Below, one piece after another: positions 7,787 to 17,435 of a DNA stretch of 46,456 bases. Every line of letters starts with the position of its first letter. The stretch's first letter is position 1. The notes beneath the pieces are model-generated. The model saw only the letters and a program-made list of their open reading frames with translations, ran no database searches and was not told where the DNA came from. The stretch is from an uncultured Candidatus Saccharibacteria bacterium (GTDB lineage Bacteria > Patescibacteriota > Minisyncoccia > UBA10092), in NCBI GenBank assembly GCA_964495505.1, contig CAZBVM010000002.1:1-46456 (forward strand). The letters are read 5' to 3'. A program made the translations under genes and the position numbers.

Positions 7787-9993
7787 AATATTGACATTAA
7801 TATTTTCCGAAGATCTTTCATGGCTATTTTTTTTGGATTATTTTGCATACGCTCAACGTTGACGCTTTTTACCGCTAAATCAATATCGCTTTGACGAACC
7901 CCAAATTTACGAAGCCTGGTTTCAAGGCCGATTTGTTCCATAAGGCCGGTAATTTTCCGTGATGCCGCTACCGCATTTGTGACTCCTAAAAGATGCGCCA
8001 ATTCAGTCATTGCCCGCTTATTGACATTGCTATTATAAACAAAAAACTTTCCTAAAGTTAGAGCAACGGCATGGCCGTGCGGGATGTTGAAATTGGAAGT
8101 AAAAAAATAAGATATCGCGTGAGGCGCGGTGGTTTTGGTGATATTAATGGCCTTGCCGGCCAAATGCGAGGCCAAAGCCATTGCCGAACGCGACTTTAAT
8201 GTCGGTTTTTTGACTGAATGAACTAAATTGCCCGATATCAACCGGATGGCTCTTTTGGCAAAGCGCTTGGAAACATCGGTGGCGTTAACGCACCAATACG
8301 ATTCTATCGCCTGCGACAGGGCGTCCATTCCAGACGACGCCGCAAGACGGGTCGGCATATTCATAGTTAATGCCGGTTCGATTATCGCGGCGGCCGGCAG
8401 TATAGATTTGTGGGCCACGGAATATTTTTTTTCTCCGGCATAAACAACGGCAAAATGAGTCGCTTCGCTTCCCGAGCCGGCCGTGGTGGGCACGGCAATA
8501 AGCGGTTTGCCGGAATTTTTTATAATTCTTTTAGAAGTAATATATTCAATCGGCCGACCGCTTTGAACCGAAAAAATATTAATAAGCTTCGCCATATCAA
8601 TAACACTGCCGCCGCCAATTGCCGCGACGACATCGTATTTTTTCTTTTTAAAAATACTTATTCCCCACTCCACGTCTTCCAATTTTGGATTGGAACTGAA
8701 GTCGCTGAATTTTGTAACTTCATAAAATGATAAAATTTTACGAAACAGCCGTTCCGCGCCCGACGCAATGTACGACTTTCCTCCGGTAACCAGAAATATT
8801 CTTCTAACTTTATTCTTTTCAAAAAAAATTTTTAATTTTTTCGCCGCCAAAAAAGTCCGTGAGCCCCTATTTATAAAATCCATAAACAAATTTTTATTTT
8901 CTTTGGGACTTAAAGTCGGGCGGCTAAGATTATCCCGCGAACCTTTCTTTACCGCCACTTCAAGCAGCGCCGGGCCCGGCATTTTTTTAAAATCGGCAAG
9001 AATATCTCTTAATTTTCCGGCTTTTGAAACTCTAAATACATTTTTATAACCGCAATCGCGCGCTACTTTTGGAATATCCATTGAGAAAGCGGCTGTCGGC
9101 TGGCCGCCTACCGACTCGTACGCGTAATTATTTAAAACTATATGCTTGAAATTTTTAGGCGCCATGTTGCCGATGATTGCAAGCGCGCCCATATGCATAA
9201 TCAAAGCGCCATCGCCGTCAAGGCAGTACACCTGGCTTTCCGGCTTGGCCAACGCCACGCCCAAAGCAATTTGAGAGGAATGCCCCATCGAGCCAACAGT
9301 CAAAAAGTCCTTTTCATGACCGAGGCCGGAATTTTCCCGTACTTCGAAAAGCTCGCGCGAGGTTTTGCCGGTCGTTGACACAAAAATTTCATCGTCCCGC
9401 AATTCGTCTGTGATAATTTCTATGGCCTCTTCCCGCGAAAGCGGCAAATTCAACGGTTGAACCGGATTCTTAAACACATACGGCGCGAAGGTGTTGCTTC
9501 TCACAACAAGCGCGTACGGAGCGCTGGACGTATTCAGATAATCAATAGCTCTACTTATGGCCTTTTTCACGCCGCCCAGAGACCTCGGCAATATTTCAAA
9601 GGAAATACCCAGTGCCGTCAAAATCCCGAGCGTTATTTTTCCTTGCTTAACATGTTGGGGTTCGTCATCAACACCGGGTTCGCCTCTCCAACCTATCAGT
9701 AAAATCATTGGAATGCCGTAAACTTCCGGATCGGCCAGTGAAACCAAAGGATTAATAGCGTTGCCCTCCCCGGAATTTTGCATATAAACCAGGCCGATTT
9801 TTCCGGTAGCCAGATGGTAGCCAGCCGCTAAAGCGACGGCGCCGCCTTCATTGGCGGCAATAATGTGAGAACTCGGTTTCGCGTTGTTGATTATATAATC
9901 GGAAAAGTCTTTTAACAGCGAATCGGGAACGCCAGAAAAAAAGCCAATCCCATTTTTAACCAGCAGGTCATAAAATGTTTTTGGCGAAATCAT
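7783..9993 (-). CDS. Fusion protein: phosphonopyruvate decarboxylase (N-terminal, ThDP-dependent) plus iron-containing alcohol dehydrogenase (C-terminal, phosphonoacetaldehyde reductase-like)
   Basis: The start is set at the ATG 9993, which forms an ATGA overlap with the pepM stop. The protein then begins [30 protein letters not shown], the canonical Ppd N-terminus. [10 protein letters not shown] is a ThDP motif. The C-terminal half (about 7783-8850) has FLVTGGKSY...[13 protein letters not shown]...HGHAVA, typical of Fe-ADH. Confidence 0.85.
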   Translation of the reverse strand: MISPKTFYDLLVKNGIGFFSGVPDSLLKDFSDYIINNAKPSSHIIAANEGGAVALAAGYHLATGKIGLVYMQNSGEGNAINPLVSLADPEVYGIPMILLIGWRGEPGVDDEPQHVKQGKITLGILTALGISFEILPRSLGGVKKAISRAIDYLNTSSAPYALVVRSNTFAPYVFKNPVQPLNLPLSREEAIEIITDELRDDEIFVSTTGKTSRELFEVRENSGLGHEKDFLTVGSMGHSSQIALGVALAKPESQVYCLDGDGALIMHMGALAIIGNMAPKNFKHIVLNNYAYESVGGQPTAAFSMDIPKVARDCGYKNVFRVSKAGKLRDILADFKKMPGPALLEVAVKKGSRDNLSRPTLSPKENKNLFMDFINRGSRTFLAAKKLKIFFEKNKVRRIFLVTGGKSYIASGAERLFRKILSFYEVTKFSDFSSNPKLEDVEWGISIFKKKKYDVVAAIGGGSVIDMAKLINIFSVQSGRPIEYITSKRIIKNSGKPLIAVPTTAGSGSEATHFAVVYAGEKKYSVAHKSILPAAAIIEPALTMNMPTRLAASSGMDALSQAIESYWCVNATDVSKRFAKRAIRLISGNLVHSVKKPTLKSRSAMALASHLAGKAINITKTTAPHAISYFFTSNFNIPHGHAVALTLGKFFVYNSNVNKRAMTELAHLLGVTNAVAASRKITGLMEQIGLETRLRKFGVRQSDIDLAVKSVNVERMQNNPKKIAMKDLRKILMSIL

Positions 9994-11321
9994 AAATTCA
10001 AATCTAGCAGTTCCTTTACCGGCATGCAAAATTTCTCCGATTCCAGACATCTTTGATTTTCCAAGATAGATTTTGCCGTTTTTTCCATGGCTGGATAGGA
10101 GCTTCTCAAAAGATGATTGGCGTAAATTACCATCCGCACTCCGCTTTTAACCAGCTCTTCTTCGGTGATAGAGTTGTAGGTTGTCGGCACGGCTACTAGA
10201 GGGGCCTTGCTCACAAATTTTTGATAATTTTTGCAAAAATCTAAAATTTCCGACGGGTCTTTTTCTTTACTGTGAATCATGATGCCGTCGGCTCCGGCGC
10301 TTATATAGGCCTTGGCTCTCGCCAAAGCGTCTTTGAGTCCCTTTTGGAGTATCAAACTTTCAATCCTCGCAACAATCATAAAGTCATCCGTCACTTGCGC
10401 TCTCTTTCCCGCCGATATTTTCGCGCAAAAATTTAGAGTACTATCCTGGTCTTGGGCGACATCGGTTCCATATAATGAATTGCGTTTTAATCCGGTCTTG
10501 TCCTCAATAATAATGCCGGAAACGCCGAGACGCTCTAGGGTTTTCACTGTGGATTCAAAATGTTCTATCGGACCGCCGTTGTCGCCATCCATTATGAGCG
10601 GCTTAGTGGTGACATCAAAGACCTCATTTATGGTATTAAGGCGGGAAGTAAAATCAACAATCCCGGTGTCGGGCTTGCCCTTCGCTACGGAATCGGTCAA
10701 GCTGCTAAGCCACATTCCGTCGAATTCTTGAATTTTGCCATCCTTGGCAATTTTTGTTTTCTCTACAATTTTACCGGTAAGTCCGTTATGGACTTCTAAA
10801 ATCCTGACCAGTGGTTTGGTATTAAGCGCTCGTCTAATCATTCGCATTCGTTTTTCCGGAGTAGTCCCAACGCGGGTTATCGCCTCTATGAGTTTGGTAG
10901 AAGACACGCCGGGGGTATATTTTGGTTCAACAAGTTTGCCCCCCCATTCTTTAAGGGTTTGAATTACCCGTTCTCTAACTTCCTTCTGGACTCCGGTTTT
11001 CCAATCATCGCCATGCACTACATAGTCGGGTTTAAGCCGGCGCAAATTCGGCACATAATCAAGGGTTGTCTGCGGTATAATAGCGCTGACACCTTTAATA
11101 TTTTCAATGACGATTTTGCGTTGTTCATAAGTCAAAAATGGAACCCGTTTGTAGCTTGCTATTGCTTCATCCGTAACAAGACCAATCACAACTTGTCCCA
11201 GTTTTTGGGCTTTACTTATAATATTAAGATGGCCCGGATGCAATAAATCAGCAGCCATTGCCACGTAAACAATTCTTTTTTTATTTAATTTCTTCTCCAT
11301 CTTGCTTATGCTACTTTCCAT
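9990..11321 (-). CDS. pepM: Bifunctional cytidylyltransferase / phosphoenolpyruvate mutase (Fom1-like architecture)
   Basis: The PepM signature [10 protein letters not shown] (EDKx5NS) is encoded at 10476-10505. The N-terminal ~130 aa has the HxGH cytidylyltransferase motif ([10 protein letters not shown], about 11229-11240) and DYVVHGDDW. The track start 11339 is TTG. The ATGs at 11321 and 11300 are the alternatives, so the start is uncertain. Confidence 0.9.
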   Translation of the reverse strand: MESSISKMEKKLNKKRIVYVAMAADLLHPGHLNIISKAQKLGQVVIGLVTDEAIASYKRVPFLTYEQRKIVIENIKGVSAIIPQTTLDYVPNLRRLKPDYVVHGDDWKTGVQKEVRERVIQTLKEWGGKLVEPKYTPGVSSTKLIEAITRVGTTPEKRMRMIRRALNTKPLVRILEVHNGLTGKIVEKTKIAKDGKIQEFDGMWLSSLTDSVAKGKPDTGIVDFTSRLNTINEVFDVTTKPLIMDGDNGGPIEHFESTVKTLERLGVSGIIIEDKTGLKRNSLYGTDVAQDQDSTLNFCAKISAGKRAQVTDDFMIVARIESLILQKGLKDALARAKAYISAGADGIMIHSKEKDPSEILDFCKNYQKFVSKAPLVAVPTTYNSITEEELVKSGVRMVIYANHLLRSSYPAMEKTAKSILENQRCLESEKFCMPVKELLDLNL

Positions 11322-11359
11322 ATTATACAACTTATACAACGCTAAAAAATAGACAGGGG

Positions 11360-12391
11360 TTACCGCTCATAAACTTTTAGGTATTTTAAGACGACCTTGC
11401 TCCAATCATGGTCTTTTGCCCATTTTAAAGAATTAGAAGAAAACTCGTTTCTTATTTCTTTATCCCTGATAATTCTAACAATCGCCGACGCGGTTGCCTC
11501 GACATCATTTTGCGAAACAAGAAGCCCATTATAACCGTTTTTTACCGCATCTTCAATGCCATTGCCAAAAGTTCCTATAACCGGCAAGCCCGCGGCCGCC
11601 GCCTCAAGAAATACAAGACCAAAACCCTCAAAATGGTGATTTTCATTGACCGAGGTTAAAATAAATAATTTAGCGCGCCGGTAAAAATCAGAAAGTTCCC
11701 CGTCGCTTAATTCGCTCAAAAATTCAATGTCTTTTAGAACTCCGTATCGCGCGGCCAAATTTTTTAATTCGTTAAAATAAGCTGTATCTTTCTGATTGCC
11801 GATTATCTTATATTTCAAATTCAGAATTTCTTTTTTCGTCTGCGCAAAAGCCGGAATGGAAATATGATAACCTTTGCGATATTTCAGAGCGCCGACGCTT
11901 AAAATGAAATCCTCCTGCGAATCAAGGCGCGTTCTATAAAATTTTTCAAAATTGATGCCGTGATTGATAACTTCAATATCTTTTCTACTGGATTTTTTTA
12001 AAAATTCTTCTTTAGTATAACGGCTTATAGAAATAATCTTATCGGCTTTTTTATAAGCCCATTTGACGAGCGTCCCTATAGCAAAATTATAAAGAGGCGC
12101 AATCGCGTAAGTGCCCTGAACCGTTACCACCAATTTTTTATTTATCCCAAAGTTGGCAAGCGCGGCAACGACAGCATAAGGATAACCATCGATGGCGTGA
12201 ATAATATCGCAATTTTTTAAATGCTTTCTGATTTTTACGGCATCTAAAATCAAACCGCCGAACCATTTGTTTTTTTGTTCAAAAACAACAACTTCATAGC
12301 CGGCATTTTTAACCGCCGCGATTAAATCTTCGGCATACCTTCCTCCGCCATGCCGCGGATTTATATTATCGACTATGTAGTATACCCTCAT
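11360..12391 (-). CDS. GT4-family (GT-B) glycosyltransferase
   Basis: 343 aa. The E-x7-E region is [20 protein letters not shown]. Confidence 0.85.
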   Translation of the reverse strand: MRVYYIVDNINPRHGGGRYAEDLIAAVKNAGYEVVVFEQKNKWFGGLILDAVKIRKHLKNCDIIHAIDGYPYAVVAALANFGINKKLVVTVQGTYAIAPLYNFAIGTLVKWAYKKADKIISISRYTKEEFLKKSSRKDIEVINHGINFEKFYRTRLDSQEDFILSVGALKYRKGYHISIPAFAQTKKEILNLKYKIIGNQKDTAYFNELKNLAARYGVLKDIEFLSELSDGELSDFYRRAKLFILTSVNENHHFEGFGLVFLEAAAAGLPVIGTFGNGIEDAVKNGYNGLLVSQNDVEATASAIVRIIRDKEIRNEFSSNSLKWAKDHDWSKVVLKYLKVYER

Positions 12392-13739
12392 TTAATTTAA
12401 ATATTGCCGCGAGGCCTACAACTGCCAATAAAATATAAAACGGGTAAATCGGCAGGGCGTAGCGCGGAATAGCGTGAATAGCGCTATAAGCCAAATTAAA
12501 ATATAAAACAATCAAAATAAGCCATCCCGACGCCGCCCAATTTCTCGCGATTTTAACAGCTCCGCATATCGCCAAAAAAAGAAATAGAAACCAGATGCCG
12601 CGGATTCCGATAATAATGCCTGTTTTTTTCCAATCGGGAATTTCCGGATGCCGGCCCTCGGCAAACATCGGATGAATTTCAAGCGTATTCCGCCATTGGT
12701 TATCCCGGGGAAGAATCGGACTATTGAAGCTGATAAAGTCCAAAAGCGATATGGCAATATATTTGTGGGGCTCTTTTAATATGGTTTTAAGCGCTCCGGC
12801 AGTTAACTGTTGGTCAATTTCAATATCATTTTTCCCGGATTTAACGAGTTCATTAACGGTTTTGTCGGTGACGACTACATTTCGGTAATCATCATAACTC
12901 GCTTTAATCCCAAGTTTTTCAGAAAAATAATACCCGAATAGTCGGCCGATAAAATGGCCGGCGTAATCCGAATAGAACCTTTCCATCCGCTCTACGCGCG
13001 AAGCCAGGCCTCCGCCAATCCGAGGGGCAATAGTAATTTCACCGTAACGGTTATATAGATACCAAGGCGATAAGGCGGCAAGAAAAGCGAGCAAAAGAAT
13101 GGCGGCTTTTAAAGTTCCTTTTTTAAATAGAGCCCGCTGATAATAAATAAACAAGACATTAAGAGCGGCCAATACAATGAAAAATTGCACAATGCTTTTT
13201 GTCATAGCCGAGAGCGCCAGAAAAATGCCCGCGGAGAAAAGCCATAAATTACTATTTTTTAAAGATGCCTGATAAAAAGTAAAAACGGAAACGATAAGCA
13301 AAAAAGTGAAAAGAATTTCGGTCGCAGCATTCCCCGCTTCTATGGCCAAACCGGGAAAGAGAGCGACGGCTATGGTCGACCAAAAAGCCAGATTATTTTT
13401 TATTAATCCGCGTTTATCCGCGACTAATCCGCATAAATCAGCGATTAAGTAAATGAAAACAACCAAAAAAGCAAAAAGGAAAATCTGGATTATTCTCACC
13501 GTATCGTAATTATGGCCGAAAACTTTATAAATACCCGCCAAAAATAGCGGGTAGAATGGCTCAACGCCGGCATCGCGTCCATAATAAGTAAATCCACTCC
13601 CGCCTAAAATATTCTGAGCAACTTGGTCATAAAAACTCTGATCTGATGTTGCCGGCTGGCCGAATATTTTTTGATTCCAAAAAAATCCCGACGCCAAGGC
13701 AATCAGAAATATAAAAATAATTATTTTTTTATTACTCAT
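12366..13739 (-). CDS. GT-C fold glycosyltransferase, ArnT/PMT (GT39/GT83)-like
   Basis: 457 aa and polytopic. The first-loop motif is DQSFYDQVAQNILGG (DxxxY...A type). Confidence 0.7.
   Translation of the reverse strand: MSNKKIIIFIFLIALASGFFWNQKIFGQPATSDQSFYDQVAQNILGGSGFTYYGRDAGVEPFYPLFLAGIYKVFGHNYDTVRIIQIFLFAFLVVFIYLIADLCGLVADKRGLIKNNLAFWSTIAVALFPGLAIEAGNAATEILFTFLLIVSVFTFYQASLKNSNLWLFSAGIFLALSAMTKSIVQFFIVLAALNVLFIYYQRALFKKGTLKAAILLLAFLAALSPWYLYNRYGEITIAPRIGGGLASRVERMERFYSDYAGHFIGRLFGYYFSEKLGIKASYDDYRNVVVTDKTVNELVKSGKNDIEIDQQLTAGALKTILKEPHKYIAISLLDFISFNSPILPRDNQWRNTLEIHPMFAEGRHPEIPDWKKTGIIIGIRGIWFLFLFLAICGAVKIARNWAASGWLILIVLYFNLAYSAIHAIPRYALPIYPFYILLAVVGLAAIFKLNEGILHSR
13408..13443. repeat. 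Solo array of ATCCGC-type ~10-11-nt units, the same family as the flanks of the GxxExxY module. It is in frame inside the GT-C gene.
   Basis: CCGCGTTTATCCGCGACTAATCCGCATAAATCAGCG closely matches the reverse complement of 23481-23515. It is translated as ADLCGLVADKRG. Confidence 0.7.
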
Positions 13740-13741
13740 CT

Positions 13742-14755
13742 TTAATATTTTCTAAATAACTTAAGAGTCAGGCCATAAAAAATACCGACCCAAAAACTTA
13801 TCGCGAATAAGGGCAATAAAATCAACGAAATCGCAAAATCCTTAATATTTTCCGCCAGCCATAAAGACGCCGATATCCACATTAAAATTACTATAGCTAA
13901 AAAATAAATGAAATAAATCGGTTTTATTAACATAAAAATTATAATCGGAAAAGCCATGATTGACGGGATAATGAAGAGCCAAAAATATTTTTTCTTAGGA
14001 TTCAAATAATAATCAACGAATCTCGGCCCCCTTTTAAAAATATGCCGGAAAACACTCTTAAAAGAATCCCGCGACTGATAAATCACTTTTATATCTGGGT
14101 GTTTGAGTAGTGGCTTTTTTAGAGCAATATTTCTTAATAATTTTATGTCATCAGAAATCCACTTGCCTTTATTTTCCGGTTGGGATGAAATAAAGAGACG
14201 CTTATCGCAAAAAAGAACCGTTGTGCCTTTGGGGATATCGTCATAATTGTTCGGGGTAATATAAACGGGTTTGAAATCTTCTCTAAAATATTCTCCATAC
14301 AGTTTTTTCCTGAAAAGAAACCCGAAGCGATCAAAAATGCTTTTGTTTTGATTCATAACCGGATTGCCGACGAGCGGTTGATAATTTATTTTTTTTAAAT
14401 TATTTAAAATTTCACTGTCGGCAACGCATCTGGAATCAATAAACAACAGATTTTCGTATCTGGCGTTTTTGGCGCCGGTTTCCCTTGCTATAATCCAACC
14501 CTTATTTTTCTCCAAATTAATCAATCGAATTTCGGGCGTTGAGATTTTAGATTTGAGATTTGCCTGCCCACCATTCGCCTGAGACGAAGCCGATAGCGGG
14601 CGGGAGATTTGAGATTTTGTATTGTCCGTCGAGCCATCGTTAACTATAATTATCTCGTAATCTTCTTTGGGATAATTCTGACTGACTAAAGAATCGAGGC
14701 AATCATTTATTAACTTTTCCTCGTTATAAACCGGAATAATTATTGAGATTTTCAT
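13742..14755 (-). CDS. GT2-family glycosyltransferase with C-terminal transmembrane segments and an internal repeat-derived insertion
   Basis: MKISIIIPVYNEE...IIIVNDGSTDNT is a GT-A N-terminus. The C-terminus is hydrophobic. Confidence 0.8.
   Translation of the reverse strand: MKISIIIPVYNEEKLINDCLDSLVSQNYPKEDYEIIIVNDGSTDNTKSQISRPLSASSQANGGQANLKSKISTPEIRLINLEKNKGWIIARETGAKNARYENLLFIDSRCVADSEILNNLKKINYQPLVGNPVMNQNKSIFDRFGFLFRKKLYGEYFREDFKPVYITPNNYDDIPKGTTVLFCDKRLFISSQPENKGKWISDDIKLLRNIALKKPLLKHPDIKVIYQSRDSFKSVFRHIFKRGPRFVDYYLNPKKKYFWLFIIPSIMAFPIIIFMLIKPIYFIYFLAIVILMWISASLWLAENIKDFAISLILLPLFAISFWVGIFYGLTLKLFRKY
14541..14617. repeat. Heptamer tandem tracts (GAGATTT x3 and x2) flanking a 42-nt GC-rich core, in frame within the GT2 gene
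   Basis: GAGATTT TAGATTT GAGATTT at 14541-14561. The GC-rich core is at 14562-14603. GAGATTT GAGATTT is at 14604-14617. Together they encode KSQISRPLSASSQANGGQANLKSKIS between DGSTDNT and IRLINLEKNKG. Confidence 0.75.
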
Positions 14756-14793
14756 TCAATTGAGCTTACTATAAACACCGCGAAATTTCAATA

Positions 14794-14822
14794 TTGTCAA
14801 GCTAAACTTATTAAGTTATAAT
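14794..14822 (+). promoter_or_regulatory. Near-consensus sigma70-type promoter for the aminotransferase gene
   Basis: TTGTCA (14794-14799), 17-nt spacer, TATAAT (14817-14822). The ATG is at 14840 and no SD is visible, so the leader is very short. Confidence 0.5.
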
Positions 14823-14839
14823 AATATAACTAATTTATT

Positions 14840-15931
14840 ATGATGAAAGTACCGCAATTTTTGCCTTGGATAGACGATGATGAATATCGAGCTATAAAGT
14901 CCTGTTTTGATAGTAATTGGATTACAGAAGGGCCGAAAACCAAAGAATTTGGCGAAAAACTTCTTCAGCTTACCGGAGCTCGATTTGGCGTGTTCGCGCC
15001 AAACGGCACTCTGGCGCTTTATTTGGGGCTGCGCGCCATAGGCGTTGGGTCGGGTAATGAAGTTTTGGTGCCCGATTTCACTTTTATCGCTTCTGCGACG
15101 TCAATAGAAATGACTGGAGCGCGCCCCGTTTTCGTTGACGTGAATCGCGATAACTTCCAGATTGACCTGTCGGGCGCCGATAAATTGGTATCGCCAAAAA
15201 CTAAAGCGATTATGCCGGTCCATATTTACGGGACAGTGGCTGATATGAACGCGGTTATGGCATTCGCGAAAAAACATAACATTTCGGTTATTGAAGATGC
15301 CGCGGAAGCCGTGGGAGTATATCGCGGCGGCAAACACGCCGGCACTTTTGGCGCGGTGGGAATTTTTTCATTTTTCGCGGACAAAACTATTACCACCGGC
15401 GAAGGCGGCTTTGTAGTGACAAACGATGAAAATATTTATGACAGATTGTTGTTTTTGCGCAATCAGGGCCGAAAAGAACGCGGCTCGTTTGTTCATCCGG
15501 AAATCGGCTATAATTTCCGGATAACCGATCTTCAAAACGCCGTCGGACTCGCGCAACTCCAAAAATTGGAAGAAATAAAAAAACGCAAAAGCCGTATTTT
15601 AAATCTTTACCGGAAACTGCTTAAGGACACCCCCGGCATAACCTTTTTTAAGCCCGATGAAGGAGCCGACTGGGTCCCCTTTCGCGTAGGCATCCTGGTA
15701 GATAAGGCGAGCGGTCTAATGGATTATTTAAAAGAAAATGAAATAGAACCCAGAACTTTCTTTTACCCTCTTCACCGCCAGCCGGCGCTAGCCAAATTCG
15801 GTCAAAATAACGACGCTAATTTCCCGAATGCGACTTTTGGTTATGAGCACGGCGTTTGCTTGCCCACTTTTCCGACATTAACAGACGAGCAGATAACTTA
15901 CGTTTGTGAAACTATCAAACGGTTTTTATAA
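14840..15931 (+). CDS. DegT/DnrJ/EryC1-family PLP-dependent sugar aminotransferase (possible GDP-perosamine synthase-type)
   Basis: 363 aa. FSFFADKTITTGEGGFVVTND contains the Schiff-base Lys context. It neighbours gmd. Confidence 0.8.
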   Translation: MMKVPQFLPWIDDDEYRAIKSCFDSNWITEGPKTKEFGEKLLQLTGARFGVFAPNGTLALYLGLRAIGVGSGNEVLVPDFTFIASATSIEMTGARPVFVDVNRDNFQIDLSGADKLVSPKTKAIMPVHIYGTVADMNAVMAFAKKHNISVIEDAAEAVGVYRGGKHAGTFGAVGIFSFFADKTITTGEGGFVVTNDENIYDRLLFLRNQGRKERGSFVHPEIGYNFRITDLQNAVGLAQLQKLEEIKKRKSRILNLYRKLLKDTPGITFFKPDEGADWVPFRVGILVDKASGLMDYLKENEIEPRTFFYPLHRQPALAKFGQNNDANFPNATFGYEHGVCLPTFPTLTDEQITYVCETIKRFL

Positions 15932-16304
15932 AATCCTTGTCATTTTTAAAAGGGCCGTTTTTAAGTTCAATCATCTCCGCGTCTTCCATTATATGGAAGC
16001 CGTGGCCACCGGCTAAAGCGATAAATAGCTCGCCGGCTTTTAGATAAATATATTTGAAAAATTTTTTGTCCGGTCCGTAAAGATCTAGACGAACTCTGCC
16101 TTTGCGCACGATAAAGCATTCCTGCAGATGATTAGTGATTCTTTTTCGAGGAAGATGCCTGTGGGCTTTAAGATACGAGCCGCGAGGATATTTGAGGGTA
16201 AGCAGCTCCAGAGATTGTTTGCCGTCGGTATGGGGAACGCTACCGCTTGGCATCGCGGAAAGCCGCAAACCTATAAGAACGTTTTTATAAAATATTTTTT
16301 CCAT
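15915..16304 (-). CDS. Small cupin-fold protein (WbuC-like)
   Basis: 129 aa. SYLKAHRH...ECFIVRKGRVRLDLY...GGHGFH reads as a single cupin barrel. It starts 1 nt after the gmd stop. Confidence 0.5.
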   Translation of the reverse strand: MEKIFYKNVLIGLRLSAMPSGSVPHTDGKQSLELLTLKYPRGSYLKAHRHLPRKRITNHLQECFIVRKGRVRLDLYGPDKKFFKYIYLKAGELFIALAGGHGFHIMEDAEMIELKNGPFKNDKDFIKTV

Positions 16305-16305
16305 T

Positions 16306-17394
16306 TCAAGCCAAATTATGGACCTCTACTTTTTTTCCTAAAACCATCTCTCGCTTAACAAGCGCCAAATCACTTTCCGCCATAAGTTTTGCCAATGCCT
16401 TAAAAGTAACTCTTGGTTTCCAACCCAAAATTTTCCTGGCCTTTCTAGCGTCACCTTGTAAAAATTCCACTTCAAGCGGCCTAAAATAATTTTTGTTAAT
16501 TTGAACTATAATCTTTCCGGTCTTTTGGTCGATGCCTTTTTCATTGAGCCCCTTGCCTGACCATTTGATGTCCATGCTCAAGTGTTTCGCCACTTCTTCC
16601 ACGAATTCTCTTACCGTATGGGTTTCGCCGGTAGCCAAAACAAAATCATCGGGTTTGTCGTGCTGAAGTATTTTCCACATTCCTTCAACATAATCTTTTG
16701 CGTAGCCCCAATCGCGCTTAGCATCTAAATTGCCTAATGATAAATTTTCCTGAACACCCAATTTCACCCGAGCAAGACCCATGGTTATTTTTCTTGTAAC
16801 AAAATTTACTCCTCTCCTTTGCGATTCGTGGTTGAACCCTATGCCGTTAGAAGCAAAAATTCCGTAGCTGTCGCGATATTTTTTTGTCATATTATAAGCA
16901 AAAACTTTAGAAATAGCGTACGGAGATTGGGGATTGAACGGCGTATTTTCGTTTTGCGGAACGGTTAAAACTTTGCCGAACATTTCCGATGAAGAAGCCT
17001 GATAAAATCTTACCGGCAGTTTAAGATATCTTATTGCTTCAAGCACTCTTAACGCGCCGAGCCCGGTGATATTGGCGGTATATTCCGGCAAATCAAAACT
17101 GACGCCAACATGGCTTTGGGCGCCTAAATTATAAATTTCATCGGGCCGGATTTCGTCTATTATCCTAGTTAAATTGGTGGTATCGGAAAGATCACCATAG
17201 ACGGTAATAAAATTTGGATATTTCGGATTGTCTAAAAGATGATCAATCCGATTAGTATTCGGATAGCTTGATCTTCGCTGAACGCCGTAAACTTTATAAT
17301 CCCTTTCAAGCAAAAACTCGGCTAAATACGAGCCGTCTTGGCCGGTTATTCCCGTTATTAAGGCCTTTTTCATTTTAGAGGTCTTATTTGACAT
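16306..17394 (-). CDS. gmd: GDP-mannose 4,6-dehydratase
   Basis: KKALITGITGQDGSYLAEFLLERDYKVYGVQRRSS...NTNRIDHL and the rest match the canonical Gmd sequence. An alternative start is the ATG at 17373. Confidence 0.9.
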   Translation of the reverse strand: MSNKTSKMKKALITGITGQDGSYLAEFLLERDYKVYGVQRRSSYPNTNRIDHLLDNPKYPNFITVYGDLSDTTNLTRIIDEIRPDEIYNLGAQSHVGVSFDLPEYTANITGLGALRVLEAIRYLKLPVRFYQASSSEMFGKVLTVPQNENTPFNPQSPYAISKVFAYNMTKKYRDSYGIFASNGIGFNHESQRRGVNFVTRKITMGLARVKLGVQENLSLGNLDAKRDWGYAKDYVEGMWKILQHDKPDDFVLATGETHTVREFVEEVAKHLSMDIKWSGKGLNEKGIDQKTGKIIVQINKNYFRPLEVEFLQGDARKARKILGWKPRVTFKALAKLMAESDLALVKREMVLGKKVEVHNLA

Positions 17395-17435
17395 AATTCC
17401 AAAATAGTACTACGAAACTCGCCTGAATGTCTACT

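Noticed and set aside
9994-10050. Upstream ATG at 10050 for the ppd-ADH gene, which would give a 61-nt overlap with pepM
   Set aside because: The extension ([19 protein letters not shown]) has no counterpart in Ppd proteins. The ATG at 9993 gives the canonical Ppd N-terminus and a classic ATGA stop/start overlap.
15915-16304. The small cupin as an HppE/HEPD/MpnS-type phosphonate oxygenase that would complete a fosfomycin- or methylphosphonate-like pathway
   Set aside because: It is only 129 aa with a single barrel and no N-terminal HTH or second cupin domain. It lies about 5 kb from the phosphonate genes in another operon, directly coupled to gmd. A sugar-nucleotide role (WbuC-like) is more parsimonious.
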